Part shown: in pieces, positions 9,383 through 19,940 of the stretch
Numbering within the stretch: position 1 is the stretch's first letter
Layout of the letters: each line of letters begins with the position of its first letter
The notes under the pieces: generated by a model
Seen by the model: only the letters and a program-made list of their open reading frames with translations
Database searches by the model: none
Told to the model about the DNA's origin: nothing
NCBI GenBank assembly: GCA_964019335.1
Contig: OZ025673.1
Span: 186,001-250,000, forward strand
DNA length: 64,000 nucleotides
Reading direction: 5' to 3'
Source of the DNA: Diplonema japonicum
Lineage: Eukaryota; Protista; Euglenozoa: Diplonemea
Made by a program: the position numbers and the translations under genes

Positions 9383-10318
9383 CTATTTCCATATCTTGCC
9401 CTCTGAAGTACACTTATCCCGTTTTTTCTGCCGCACGGAAGCTGTCGAGTGCAGATAGTCGTCCTTGTCATAGCCGGTAGTGTACTCGTTAGGGGTTGGC
9501 CCTGGCCCTCCTACAAGCGTGGTGTGGTCAGCAAAGGTTTGCATTGCAGTAGATGTGTGCCTACCAGAGGGCTTCCAGGAATTCTGCCGCCAAGGACCGC
9601 CAGGGAGTGTTTCTCTTATTTCAGGAGCATCTGGGTTGGGGATGACCTTGCGTCCGTTGAAATTAATATTGCTGGCCATGTGCTTGTAGGTGGCTACATT
9701 GGACGCGTTGACTGGGTTTGCCTCGACCCACTCACGAAGGTGTCTTTCCGTCATTTTTGAGGTTGCAGAAGTCTTGTATAGAAGCTGCACTCTTTCGTCC
9801 ACCTCCGTCTTTTTGAGCTTTCTCTCACCGTTCCATTTTGAGGGTTTTATGGCTGCGTTAGCGGCTTGCTGTTGCAGCAGCTCGACATGGGTTCTGTGCA
9901 GCTTGTGATCGTCGTGCAATTCCTGACACTTATCCTTGATCACTTTGTGCGGCTTTACAGTGGAAACAGGTACAGGCACCGGTACATCTTTCGGGACCAC
10001 GCGACGCGCCTTGTCCTTCGCGTTTTCTCGGCTTCCTTTTGTAAGGTACGCGGCTGATGTTGGGCTGGTTGCTTTGGGCTGGTAAAGCCGATTGACACTC
10101 GCCTTCACCATTTTCGCACTGTTGAAATACTCGATGTCATCCAACACATCGCCAGTGGTCTTCTTCCTATGTCCGTGAAGGTACACGTACGAGACGGGTT
10201 GTGACCTCTGAAGGCTCCTTTCTACAGCTTCGTTCCGCTTCAAAGCGGCTTCCATGCGGTCGAAGTACTCATCGTCGTCAAAAAACAGCTCGTCTTCCTC
10301 TTCTTGTAGGAAGGCCAT
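9383..10318 (-). CDS. Hypothetical protein, 311 aa
   Basis: Long ATG-initiated ORF on the coding strand with an acidic N-terminus. Confidence 0.8.
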   Translation of the reverse strand: MAFLQEEEDELFFDDDEYFDRMEAALKRNEAVERSLQRSQPVSYVYLHGHRKKTTGDVLDDIEYFNSAKMVKASVNRLYQPKATSPTSAAYLTKGSRENAKDKARRVVPKDVPVPVPVSTVKPHKVIKDKCQELHDDHKLHRTHVELLQQQAANAAIKPSKWNGERKLKKTEVDERVQLLYKTSATSKMTERHLREWVEANPVNASNVATYKHMASNINFNGRKVIPNPDAPEIRETLPGGPWRQNSWKPSGRHTSTAMQTFADHTTLVGGPGPTPNEYTTGYDKDDYLHSTASVRQKKRDKCTSEGKIWK

Positions 10319-10396
10319 TGCATTACCCTGGTGGGGTCGTTAGTTGAAGTAGAAAAAAAAAAAAAAAAAAAAAAAACAACTGGGGGGAAAAAAAAA

Positions 10397-11098
10397 TCAG
10401 ATTATCATATCAGAAAAATCACCGTTGTAATCCCTCCTGTTCCTCGCTTTGTATATTTTCTTTAGATATGTGCAGGAAGAGTCCAGCACGTACGCGGCCT
10501 TCTTGTCCAGGTGGTATGAAGTGGGGGAGAGCTGCCTGTACCATGTTGAGACCACCCAAAGGTGCGCTCCTTTTTTATGGTAGAATATCATGAGGTCACG
10601 TGCTAGCCTGGCGGAGATTGTTTCACCAGGATTGATGGCGCTCATCAGCATGCCCTGAAGGGACCACGCCAATGGGAGGTACTGAGGCGGAGTAAGCTGG
10701 GGAACATCAACCGGAAACCTAACGTCCATGTATGCTTCGTCCTTATACTTAGGACGGTCAACCAGAACGCTCAGCACAGCGGCCACGGGGCCCGGAGGCA
10801 ACGTGACGCCCATGGCGGTGTATTTTTGCAGGAAATAATGAGCGGCGTCGGGTTGGTTCAGATGACACATTAGCTGCACAGCATGTCCCTGAAGATCTGA
10901 GCAGTCGATGCGTGGTGGGGTATCGAGAGCACCTTGGCTAACTGCCCAGCCTACTGCCGACACCGCCTCTTGAACACCAGTTTGTTGGATCTCTTTTCGT
11001 TTAACTTGCGTCCTAACGTCTCCACAGATGCTTTCGACCAGCTCGACACCCAGGTTGTTGCCGAGCCATGCACGCCGGAGGAGCTCCTTGGGTACCAT
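10397..11098 (-). CDS. Hypothetical protein, 233 aa
   Basis: ATG lies 4 nt after a pyrimidine tract + AG (11104-11103); no recognisable domain. Confidence 0.75.
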   Translation of the reverse strand: MVPKELLRRAWLGNNLGVELVESICGDVRTQVKRKEIQQTGVQEAVSAVGWAVSQGALDTPPRIDCSDLQGHAVQLMCHLNQPDAAHYFLQKYTAMGVTLPPGPVAAVLSVLVDRPKYKDEAYMDVRFPVDVPQLTPPQYLPLAWSLQGMLMSAINPGETISARLARDLMIFYHKKGAHLWVVSTWYRQLSPTSYHLDKKAAYVLDSSCTYLKKIYKARNRRDYNGDFSDMII

Positions 11099-11161
11099 CG
11101 CCCTTGAGAATCATAAATAAGGAAGAAAAAGGAAAAAAAAAAAAAAAAAAAAAAGAGAGAT

Positions 11162-11200
11162 GAGATAAAGGAGGTTCCTGTCTTGGAACGCCCCCCTTGT
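11162..11200 (-). repeat. Intergenic hairpin motif B, copy 3
   Basis: Minus strand ACAAGGGGGG-C-GTTCC-AAGACA-GGAAC-CTCCTTTATCTC. Confidence 0.85.
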
Positions 11201-11261
11201 CTCTACTTATCAACCCCTTTCTCCCTTCTGGGGCCTCGGCCTTTATTTCTAAAAAAAAGTT

Positions 11262-11852
11262 TTACTCCGGGTTAGATACTAAAATACAGTCCTGCGATTC
11301 GGGTTGAGAGCTCAGCGAAGACGACCTGCTTCGTTTCGACGCTCTCGCTGTTTTCTTTGCGATTTTTACGAGGGGTTTCCGGGGCCTTCGTGGGGAGGGT
11401 GTGCGTGGGGTTAAATCGTCTTCTATTTCTTCTTGCTGTGCTCGGAGGATGGTAGTGAGGTCGACGGTGCTTTCCTCTTCTCCCCATGAAGACCCCCCCC
11501 AGGAGTCACTTTCTTTCGTGTCGATCGTTTTCTTCCATTCATTTACATGAACTTGTTTCTCGGCTTCCCAGCTGCTTTCGCTCATTACGTCTTCACCGTG
11601 TTCCTGTTCGTATGCCCGCCGTTCGTCCTTCCAGCCCATTGCTATACTTTCCTTCCCTACCGCCAGTTGTTTAACCGCTCGATGTTTAGTCAGGCCGCTT
11701 ACCTCGAAGTAGGCACACTCCTCCCATTGACCGTTCACTTTCTTCCTCATCTTCTTCTTTCCCGTGCTGCTCTCGCTGAATGACATTTCCCACTCGACAG
11801 GTACGTTGTCGCCGTTCACCGCTAATATCTCATAATCGGGTGGGCATGACAT
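11262..11852 (-). CDS. Hypothetical protein, 196 aa
   Basis: ATG after an A-rich leader; charged, Ser-rich C-terminus. Confidence 0.75.
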   Translation of the reverse strand: MSCPPDYEILAVNGDNVPVEWEMSFSESSTGKKKMRKKVNGQWEECAYFEVSGLTKHRAVKQLAVGKESIAMGWKDERRAYEQEHGEDVMSESSWEAEKQVHVNEWKKTIDTKESDSWGGSSWGEEESTVDLTTILRAQQEEIEDDLTPRTPSPRRPRKPLVKIAKKTARASKRSRSSSLSSQPESQDCILVSNPE

Positions 11853-12084
11853 TTTTTATTTCTCTTTTTTCCGGGCTGTTTCGTTTTCGACGGGCTTTAG
11901 AGACATGGGCGTAAAGTAGATGGAAAAAACAAATAGAGACCTTCTTCCCTCCAACAGTTATCCCCCCCCCCCCCCCCCCCCCCGTCGGTGCAATTACTTT
12001 TTTTTGATACCAGCATCAAACAAAAAAGGGAGACTTTTGTGTGTAACACTTCTTTTTTTTTTTTCTCCTGGACCAAAACCCTTA

Positions 12085-13930
12085 TCATTTACCCTGTTCT
12101 TGAATTTCGAGATTACATTTCTTTGTAGTGCAAATGATGTCACGGCCTCGTGATGCCCTATTTTTTTTTTTCTTTTTTTTTTTTTTGAAACTGGTCCATA
12201 CTTGCAGCCCTTGTCCTGACAGACAAGAAGCTCTTGAACGTTGTCTCTTGGGACTCTCCGCTGTTCGGCGGGAGGCAGGACACCATCCCAACATACAGGG
12301 GTGTAAGAACTTTTTTTTTTATTTTCTTCTTTTTTGTCTCATACTCAGGGCACGGCTCTTTCCCTTTGCGCTTTGCACCAAAAACCTGCTGGTGCTTCCC
12401 TTCAAATATTCTGCTTGCGTACAAGTACAGCTGCGCATCATACTGTGTGTGCAAGAATGACATTCTTTCTTCATATTAAACCCATACATTGTTGGCATCC
12501 TCCAAAGCCAGAATCACCTCCGATGGTATGTTCTTCTTCGCCGTATGCATGAAGTGTTTGCACATTATATAGGAACGGATATCAGTCTGTGTCTTCTGGA
12601 GCATTTCCATTGACTGTTCTATGCTCTCAAGGACGACTATGTTCTTCATAGAGCTGAGGACCTTGAGCGCTGTGTCGTAGTGCTCCTTGGTGAGGGGCTG
12701 GTCGAAAGGCTGCCCAGAGAGCACCTTAGTGAGTCTGTTGTGCAGCTCTTCACACGAAGCCCGCATCTCAGATGTTGCGGCCAAGTACGTTTCCAAGGGG
12801 TTCTTCCTTGGGGCGTTGCGCTCTGCTGTAGGGTACAAGCAGTCCGGGGGGTATCGTTTAAGATTATTCGCCATCCGCAGAATGGGCTCCTTCACAAGCA
12901 GCGTGAACTTCCCATCCCCCGCCTCCTTCGCTTCATTAATGTTTTCAAACCGAAGCACCTCTGCGGTCTCCCCCACCTCTGCCCCCAGTTCACTATATCC
13001 TGCATCGAAGGTGCACGTGAAACTGTCCGCCCCTTGCGTGGCCGCCTCTACGATCACGATTTTCCCGGTTTTTTTCGCCTCCATTGTGGGCTTCGGAGGG
13101 GAGGTGGCGGGCGACGGGGGCTTCAAACTCTTTAAACTCTTCGGCTTCTTCACTGTCAGCAGGTCCCCCACTAGATCGTCGAGCCCGCTATCCACCACCT
13201 CCTTCACCGTCGGGATGGGTGCAGACTTCGCTTCCACGGGGTGCTTCTCACTTGGCATTTTGATTTCGTCAGGTATTTTGATTTCACCAGGCATTTTGCG
13301 CGGAGGAGGCTTCGGTGTTGCTTCAACAGTTTCCATTTCAGGTTCAGGTTCGGGTTTGTTGTTGGCTGCTCCCGGTATAACGAGGGGCCGAGGGGTAGTG
13401 GCTTGATCAGCGGCGTTTGCCTCCTCTCTGTCAGGCGTGGGAGGGGGCTTTAGAATTCCGGCAGCGATCTGAGCACGAGTCGGGCCATTAGGTTGCATGA
13501 CGAAGCGCCGAGTGCCCGGCGGAGAGGCTGGGATGGGGATGGGTGTGGGGGAAGGCAATTTCCGCGAGACAGGGGACTTTTTCTCTGCAGGGAGCTGCAG
13601 TGCTTCGCGGGCGGCGCGTCTGATGTGCCGCCAATGAACTGCTTTCAGCCCTGCTAACTTTCCGTCTTCCTCCGTCGCCGCGTTGATGAGCTCAAGCCTG
13701 TCCAGACCATGCTTGAACATCAACTGTGCTTGGTCCTCCATATCGATCGACACCAGCATGCTGTATACCTTCCGCTTCGGCTCGGTGTCAACCGCCTCCT
13801 TTTGCTCTACTGGTCTGCCCCACACGGCTAGCGTCAACAACAAGAGCAGCACAAGTAGCGACGCCTGCTTGTGTTCCCGCCACCCCACCATCACTACCAG
13901 AAATGCTATAAACGCGTACAGAATTAACAT
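12085..13930 (-). CDS. Membrane-anchored sulfotransferase-like protein with degenerate motifs; 4 exons, 573 aa
   Basis: N-terminal hydrophobic segments, a Pro-rich stem, then LLVKEPILR, ALKVL...VVLESIEQSMEML and, after splicing, ANNYDAQLYLYASRIF (the N..D..LY..A...F sulfotransferase signature). Introns 12487-12443, 12344-12310 and 12201-12158, all GTATG..AG. Confidence 0.75.
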
Positions 13931-14088
13931 TTTGGAATTGCACCCAACATGTAGGTTGTTCGTTAAGAAAGAATAGAAGAAAAAGAAGAAAAAGAAAGCA
14001 CCGACTGCGGTACAAAAAAAAAGTCGATGTCACATGCAAACTCCGTCAGGCCACGGTCTCCGCATATAAAAAAGTAAATCTAACATTA

Positions 14089-15570
14089 TTAACCATTGGG
14101 AATCGACCCAAGCAACGTCTCCGCTTGCGGCAAAGGCAACATCGTGGCAAGGATACGGATCACGTTGGGAGGGTGGTCTTCTTTCATGATCCTGTCGCAC
14201 ACCTCCTCCGCGTAGGTGAGGTTTGACTCAATGGGTTCTGAGGTGTGTCCTGTGATCCCCTCTTTCTCAAGGAAATCATCGACGCCCTCTTCCTCCTGCG
14301 CCATCAGAGGAGACGGCTCTACGCGTGTTGGGTCGTATGCAGGAAGCTCGCCTTCAGAATCCGACGAAAAAGATATCTCGGGTGGAAACTCAATGTTTGC
14401 AGTGTATAAGCATTCTTTTCTGTCGCTGAAGGTATTTGGCTTTGGCTGGTCATTGTCGTTGGGATTCTCCTCGCAGCTGTTCCCGCTAAGAGAGTCCAGT
14501 TCGAAGTCGGGTTCCTCCAGTTTGCACGCGAACCCGAAGAGCTTGTTGTCCATCCCATCTTTCTTCACTGCTGCATTTTGGTTCTCTGTAATCTTCGGGG
14601 TTATCCTTGAGATCTTTGGGTTTTTCTCGGGGGTTACCTTTTTAGCTTTTTTCTTCTTCTCAACCGGTTTTGGAGTTTCCATGACGACACTTGAAGACGA
14701 AGAACTGGAAGTTTCAGAGCTGGAAATTTCAATCACCTGCTTCTTTTTCTTACCTCCGCGTTGCGGTTTTTTCTGCGGTGGGCTTGCCTCGCGCTTCCGC
14801 TTCTTCGTGCTGGAAGTTTCCAGTTCGGGAAGCATCCAAGAAAACGTGTTCTTTCTAAGGGAATGCTTTGAAACGGGAAACTGCTTCGCAATTACAGGTA
14901 AAATCCACCAAAGGAGGTCGGCAAGGAAGGTCTTGAGAGGGTGCTCTTCATTAGGAAACTTGAGGTTCACGTACCTGCAGTAGTTCCGTACCGCGTTGTT
15001 GACGTCTTCGATCGTTTTCAGGCTGTCGAGGGGTCGAAGCCCTCTGATCTTCTTAGCCAGAGCGCTTGGTATGTCAAGTAAACCATCCCGATCAGCTTTG
15101 CCCATGTGCCGTATGCACAATTTTGCTATTTCTGCGTTGGTTTCCTTCTTCTTTTTCACGTCGCCAACTTCGTTTTGCATCATCTTCACAATCATATCAA
15201 ATCTTATCCATCGTCTTAGAATCATTCGGATCGCATTCTCATGCTTTGTTCCGATGTACACCTTCTCGAGATCTTTGTAGTACTGAGCCGCGCCTGTATC
15301 TTCCGTGTACACACCGTCTGCGAGGTTTGCCTTTACCTTTTTTAGTTTCTTCGGTAGGACCTTCTCCGCCTTCTCCAGAACTGTCTCGAGTACTGTCAGC
15401 CACTCGTCGGGGAGCGATCGCTTTTCTCTCTTGTCCTTCTCGCAGCCTCCGCATGTCCACGTCTTCTTTCTTCCCACGACACACTTCTTGTGGATCATCG
15501 CTTTGCATGTTTTGAGGCCCTTGCACCCCAGGTCAGCCCCTTTCTTTTTACATTTTGCGCACGCTGTCAT
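14089..15570 (-). CDS. PHD-finger-like nuclear protein with a possible degenerate bromodomain
   Basis: N-terminal CxxC..C..C..HxxC..WxCxxC; LKKVKANLADGVY...YYKDLEKV resembles a bromodomain helix; basic NLS-like clusters. Confidence 0.8.
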   Translation of the reverse strand: MTACAKCKKKGADLGCKGLKTCKAMIHKKCVVGRKKTWTCGGCEKDKREKRSLPDEWLTVLETVLEKAEKVLPKKLKKVKANLADGVYTEDTGAAQYYKDLEKVYIGTKHENAIRMILRRWIRFDMIVKMMQNEVGDVKKKKETNAEIAKLCIRHMGKADRDGLLDIPSALAKKIRGLRPLDSLKTIEDVNNAVRNYCRYVNLKFPNEEHPLKTFLADLLWWILPVIAKQFPVSKHSLRKNTFSWMLPELETSSTKKRKREASPPQKKPQRGGKKKKQVIEISSSETSSSSSSSVVMETPKPVEKKKKAKKVTPEKNPKISRITPKITENQNAAVKKDGMDNKLFGFACKLEEPDFELDSLSGNSCEENPNDNDQPKPNTFSDRKECLYTANIEFPPEISFSSDSEGELPAYDPTRVEPSPLMAQEEEGVDDFLEKEGITGHTSEPIESNLTYAEEVCDRIMKEDHPPNVIRILATMLPLPQAETLLGSIPNG

Positions 15571-15633
15571 GTGCTTCCTGTTTGTACTGACTCAGGCTAT
15601 GCAATATCGTTTTTTAAAAAAAAAAGGTATAGT

Positions 15634-16131
15634 CTATTCATCAACAATAGCAGGGACGCTTATCTCTATGTTGCAGTTGGGGCAGGCCACAATGGAGCCA
15701 CTTGGGGCGACGAGAGCATGTGCACACATGCCGCATTCTACAGCGCGCATGACTGGGTGAGGGGTGTTGTAGAAGTCTGAAGGAGGTGTGGGGTCACGGT
15801 TCCTAGCGGGTGACCCACACCCTGGGTTTGTGCAGATCGGGAAGGCAGCGTGATTATACAGGCCGCACGTCTCGCACAGCCATTGCCCCTCCGGTACGTT
15901 CCCTGCTGCAATCAGTTCCGCGATCCTCTTCTCTTGTACCTTGATCACCCCCTCCCGCTCCTCTAACACCTTCGTCGCCCCCTTCAATAGCTTCTTCAGC
16001 CCATCACACGTCTTGCATTCCGTACACTGCCCTGCCTGCCCTGCGTAATTCGCCTCCCTCGTCGCTCTTAATGAATTCCTCAACGCTTGCACCTCCAGCT
16101 CAAGCTGCCGTATCTTGGCAGCGTCACCCAT
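15634..16131 (-). CDS. Coiled-coil protein with RanBP2-type and CxxC zinc fingers
   Basis: ATG 16131 after a long pyrimidine tract + AG; WLCETCGLYN....ICTNPGCG; C-terminal CGMC...CPNC. Confidence 0.8.
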   Translation of the reverse strand: MGDAAKIRQLELEVQALRNSLRATREANYAGQAGQCTECKTCDGLKKLLKGATKVLEEREGVIKVQEKRIAELIAAGNVPEGQWLCETCGLYNHAAFPICTNPGCGSPARNRDPTPPSDFYNTPHPVMRAVECGMCAHALVAPSGSIVACPNCNIEISVPAIVDE

Positions 16132-16364
16132 CACCTGAGGGGTCGGCTTTGAAAGAACAAAAAGATAGGAAAATAAAAAGAAGAAAAAGAAAGAAAAGAA
16201 AAGTCGGGTTAATTGCATGTTTGCGCACACGGACAATACAAACGAAACTGAAACGGTACTTGTTAAATACAATATAAAAAAAAAAAAAAAAAAAAAAAAC
16301 CCTCCCCAAGGAAAGGAACTGTGTAAATGAAGCTCCCCCTCATGGTTTCTTTCCCACCCCATTC

Positions 16365-17987
16365 TTAGTCAACGAAGGTGCGCCTTCTGGCCGGCATGCG
16401 AAAAGAAGAATCACGCGAAGAAGCTCTCGGTCTCGTGGTGAGCAATCCGTTCGGCGTCTGAGGAGGCGTGCTGGCTAAGGAGGAACAAAAAGAACCAAGG
16501 CTCTTGAACACGTCGCGGCTTAGATTGGGCGTATCAGGTGGCGGCATGGGGATGAAGTCTGGGGAAGGTGCTTTTGTGACAACCAAATTCACGGAGCGTT
16601 TCACCTGCCGCTTCACTGAGGGTGCATCGGGTGCAACTTCTTCACCGTGGAACGTCAAGCGGCGTAAGTAGCTAGCCATATAACCATCTCCCTTGGCTCG
16701 TGTTATCAGAGAGCCGACAGGTACCTCCATAGTGATGCCACGCAGTGCATCACTATTCGTGTTCCCTATTCGCAGCTCAACAATATCACCGTTTACACTA
16801 ACGACCGTCCCGATGGTCCCGGCAACTTCTGCGAGGTCTACAGGCGTTGCAACGCGAGCTACATCGAAGCAGTACTCCAGCAAGGTGACGTCTGGTGATA
16901 GCTTTGCGACATCCCCAACCTTCCACTCCTCTTCTTTCTTCGTCACGGTCTCCATGTTCGGCCGTGCATGCCGCATGTTGATAAGGTCTTGGTACACGTG
17001 CAGCTGCGATTTGAGATTCGTGTTCTCGTTTGTGCGTTTTGTGAGCTGCACTTTAAATGCGCTGCTTGAACGTGCGATCTGCTCTTGGTACATCTTGTTG
17101 AGATCAACGGCCGATGACCATGCCTGCTCCAGCCACTTGATGTGTATGTGTACGTCTGTAATGTTCAACGATGTGATGACAGTGCGCGCATTGTGCTTAT
17201 CAAAGAACACCTGCCGCCCGCCTTCCGACTTCACGTCACGTATGATCAGCTGTTTCCTATGCCGCACTGCGGAGTTGAAACTGTGCATCTTCAGCGTATC
17301 CGTGCATGGGGCTGGTGTGTACTTCAGGAGCTTGTGGAAGTCGTACTTGTAGCTTGTGATGTCGCATGTAGGGTACTGGCACAAGATGTGCGTAAGCACC
17401 TGTGCCGTTCGGTAAGCCTTGCATTCATCGTCTTCAGTGAAGTTGCTGTCCACCTTGTCGTGCAGCATGAGCACTCCGAGCGTGTCGCCCTTCTCCGTCG
17501 CCAACGGCATAGCTAGGCAAGAACGTCCTTTGTGGACCCTTATTGCAGCTATTTGCGTTGAGCAGCACATCCCTCCGATGCTATCGATCAGTCCATCGCA
17601 TTCGGTAGCTGTGTGTCCGTAGCGCACTGCTACTTCTAGTTTATCTTCTTTTAGCACTTTTACAACACCCCATGTCACCATGAGGTCCTTGCAGCACGCC
17701 TCCAGCACTAGGTAAAAGGCACTCCCCAGAGCTTGGTGCACTGACGTTGGTACGGGCTCCGCTTTGTTGTCTCGTATATGTTTCTTGACAGTGCTCTCGG
17801 TGCACCGCATGCACCCGGACAGGGACCGGACCTCTTGTGATATTGCTTCAAGCTCCTCTGCCCATGTTTTGGCCCTGCTGACTGGCACCTCTCCTTCTAA
17901 GTAATGCCTGCTGACAGTCTTGTGCAGCGTCTCCAACGTGCTGTGGATGTCCAGCAGTCTTGTCTTCAAGGTATTCAAATCCTCCAT
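16365..17987 (-). CDS. GAF-domain protein
   Basis: SCLAMPL...TLGVLMLHDK...FTEDDE is the GAF NKFDE-type motif; first ATG at 17987. Confidence 0.8.
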   Translation of the reverse strand: MEDLNTLKTRLLDIHSTLETLHKTVSRHYLEGEVPVSRAKTWAEELEAISQEVRSLSGCMRCTESTVKKHIRDNKAEPVPTSVHQALGSAFYLVLEACCKDLMVTWGVVKVLKEDKLEVAVRYGHTATECDGLIDSIGGMCCSTQIAAIRVHKGRSCLAMPLATEKGDTLGVLMLHDKVDSNFTEDDECKAYRTAQVLTHILCQYPTCDITSYKYDFHKLLKYTPAPCTDTLKMHSFNSAVRHRKQLIIRDVKSEGGRQVFFDKHNARTVITSLNITDVHIHIKWLEQAWSSAVDLNKMYQEQIARSSSAFKVQLTKRTNENTNLKSQLHVYQDLINMRHARPNMETVTKKEEEWKVGDVAKLSPDVTLLEYCFDVARVATPVDLAEVAGTIGTVVSVNGDIVELRIGNTNSDALRGITMEVPVGSLITRAKGDGYMASYLRRLTFHGEEVAPDAPSVKRQVKRSVNLVVTKAPSPDFIPMPPPDTPNLSRDVFKSLGSFCSSLASTPPQTPNGLLTTRPRASSRDSSFRMPARRRTFVD

Positions 17988-18044
17988 CTTTATGGCCCTT
18001 GTTGTGCATTGGGGACGTGTAGTCAACTTGTTTAAACTATTGCT

Positions 18045-19302
18045 CTAAGCTAGCAGCATGGTGTACAGGGTATCGAGCTTCTTCTGCCGCCTTTCCTTTT
18101 TGATGTGCGGGGCGACGTGGGCCTCGTAAACAGACCCGTCCTCACGGCAGGTGTACCCAGCTGTTGTGTTTGCCTCTCTCAAAACCTGCTTCATCCTTTG
18201 AGTGGGCCCCAGACCGAACTCCTTCAGCTCCTCGATGAGTCGCAAGCAGGACCGGAGCGAGGCTGCACGCGCATAGATCTCCATCATCTAAAAATTTTTT
18301 TTTGTTTTGTTTTCTTTCTTCGGCACAAACCTTTAGAAACAGCGCGCTGACATCACCCTTCCGTCGGGTCTGCCTAACGATGCACATCTGGACACCTTTG
18401 TTGAAATACGCTTCAGCTTGCTTATAATGCTTATCGCCAGCCGACTTAACGTAACCTCCACAATATCCGATAAGGAGCGTGAAGGTCTTAGGACTGGTGA
18501 CAGGCATGCTTGTATAGAAGGGCTCCACAAGGGAGTGCTTGGAGCGATGAGCAACGTAAAAGGCGAGAACGGCGTTGGATAGAGCAGCAGTAGGAGTTGG
18601 GGAACAAGACAGGGCAGAGGCGATATAAGGCGTGACATCGTGGTCAACGTGCAGGGCAGTGATCAGCGACGCGTAGCATCGATCAGTAGGGCTAAGCGAC
18701 CTACTGCGCATGTCATCGAGAATCTCGTCAGCCTCCTCAGGGGACTGAACACATGCAAGGACTGACCTGTAAGCCACCTCATCAAGCTCGTTCTTGTGCC
18801 GGTTGAGAAGGATCGCAGAACAACGTTGTGCATCTTCAACAGCGTCCCCTCGTAGGAAAACCTTCACAAGCTTGGAGAGACACCACATACCATGGTCAGT
18901 TCCCTGATGTACCATCTCGTCTTCTAGTTCCTTGATGAACTTTACATGCTCAGGGCCGCATGAAATTTCTGTTATCACTCTTTTTAAGTTAGCGCCTGAC
19001 ATTCTTTCCTCGCGCAGCTTCATGTCTGTATGAATGCTTTGAAGCTCTTGTATTCTTCCGGCCCTTGCGAGTGATACGGTGATGTCAAATGTTTGGGTGG
19101 CGCGGAGGACAAGCTTCTCTGTGTTGTACTGAGATACAGGGTCAGAGGCGCGCTTTGCTTGTTGCGCGAGCCACCGTTGCCGAGCGGGGCTGGATCTTTC
19201 TTTTCTTGGGGAATTTGAGATAGATGATGAGGCTGCTTCTACGAGCCGTCTGCACTCTGCAAGATCGGTGCTGTGCCATCTCTTTGCGGAAAATCTTTTC
19301 AT
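18045..19302 (-). CDS. Pentatricopeptide-repeat protein, probably mitochondrial; 2 exons
   Basis: MKRFSAKRWHS transit-like N-terminus; PPR pattern AYRSVL...ADEILDDMRSRSLSPTDRCYASLI. Intron 18330-18288 (GTTTG..TAG, 43 nt) joins MMEIYARA... Confidence 0.85.
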
Positions 19303-19349
<47 letters not shown>

Positions 19350-19940
19350 CCCGTCCCCACTTTTCTTGTGAAAATTCAATCGACGGCAGGGGTTTTAAAA
19401 AAAAAAAAAAAAAAGCAAGAAAAAAAAAAAGAAAGAAAAAGGAGCGGAGTGCGGGAAAAAAAAAATAAAATGAGTGAGAAAAAGACAATGAACCTCTGAA
19501 AGACGGGGTAATTTCTTTTTTTTTTTTTTTTTTTTTTTTTTTTGGTCATGTTAGGTACAGAGCAAAAAAAGAAAGGAGAAACCAGGAAAAAAAAAGCAAA
19601 ACATACTTCTCTGTTTTTTTGTTTCTCTCTTTTTTTTTTTCCCCCCTCCCTTTTCATGGACCAAGCGGCTTCCCTTCTATGGGTTCATTGCGTATTTCTT
19701 TCTTCTTTTCTTCCCCTTTCTCTCTTTTTTTTTTTCTTTCCCCCCTTTTTTTTCTTTTATTTTCTTTTTCTTTTTTTTTTTAAAGGACTTTTTGTGATAA
19801 GAATAACTGGAAACAGATGGAAGAAGAAGATGAAAGAAAACAAAAAATGATGATCAAAAAAAAAAAAAAAGGAAGATGATAACAAAGAAGGATAAAAAAG
19901 GGAAGAAAAATTGCATTTTTTTTTTTTTTTTTTTTAAATC

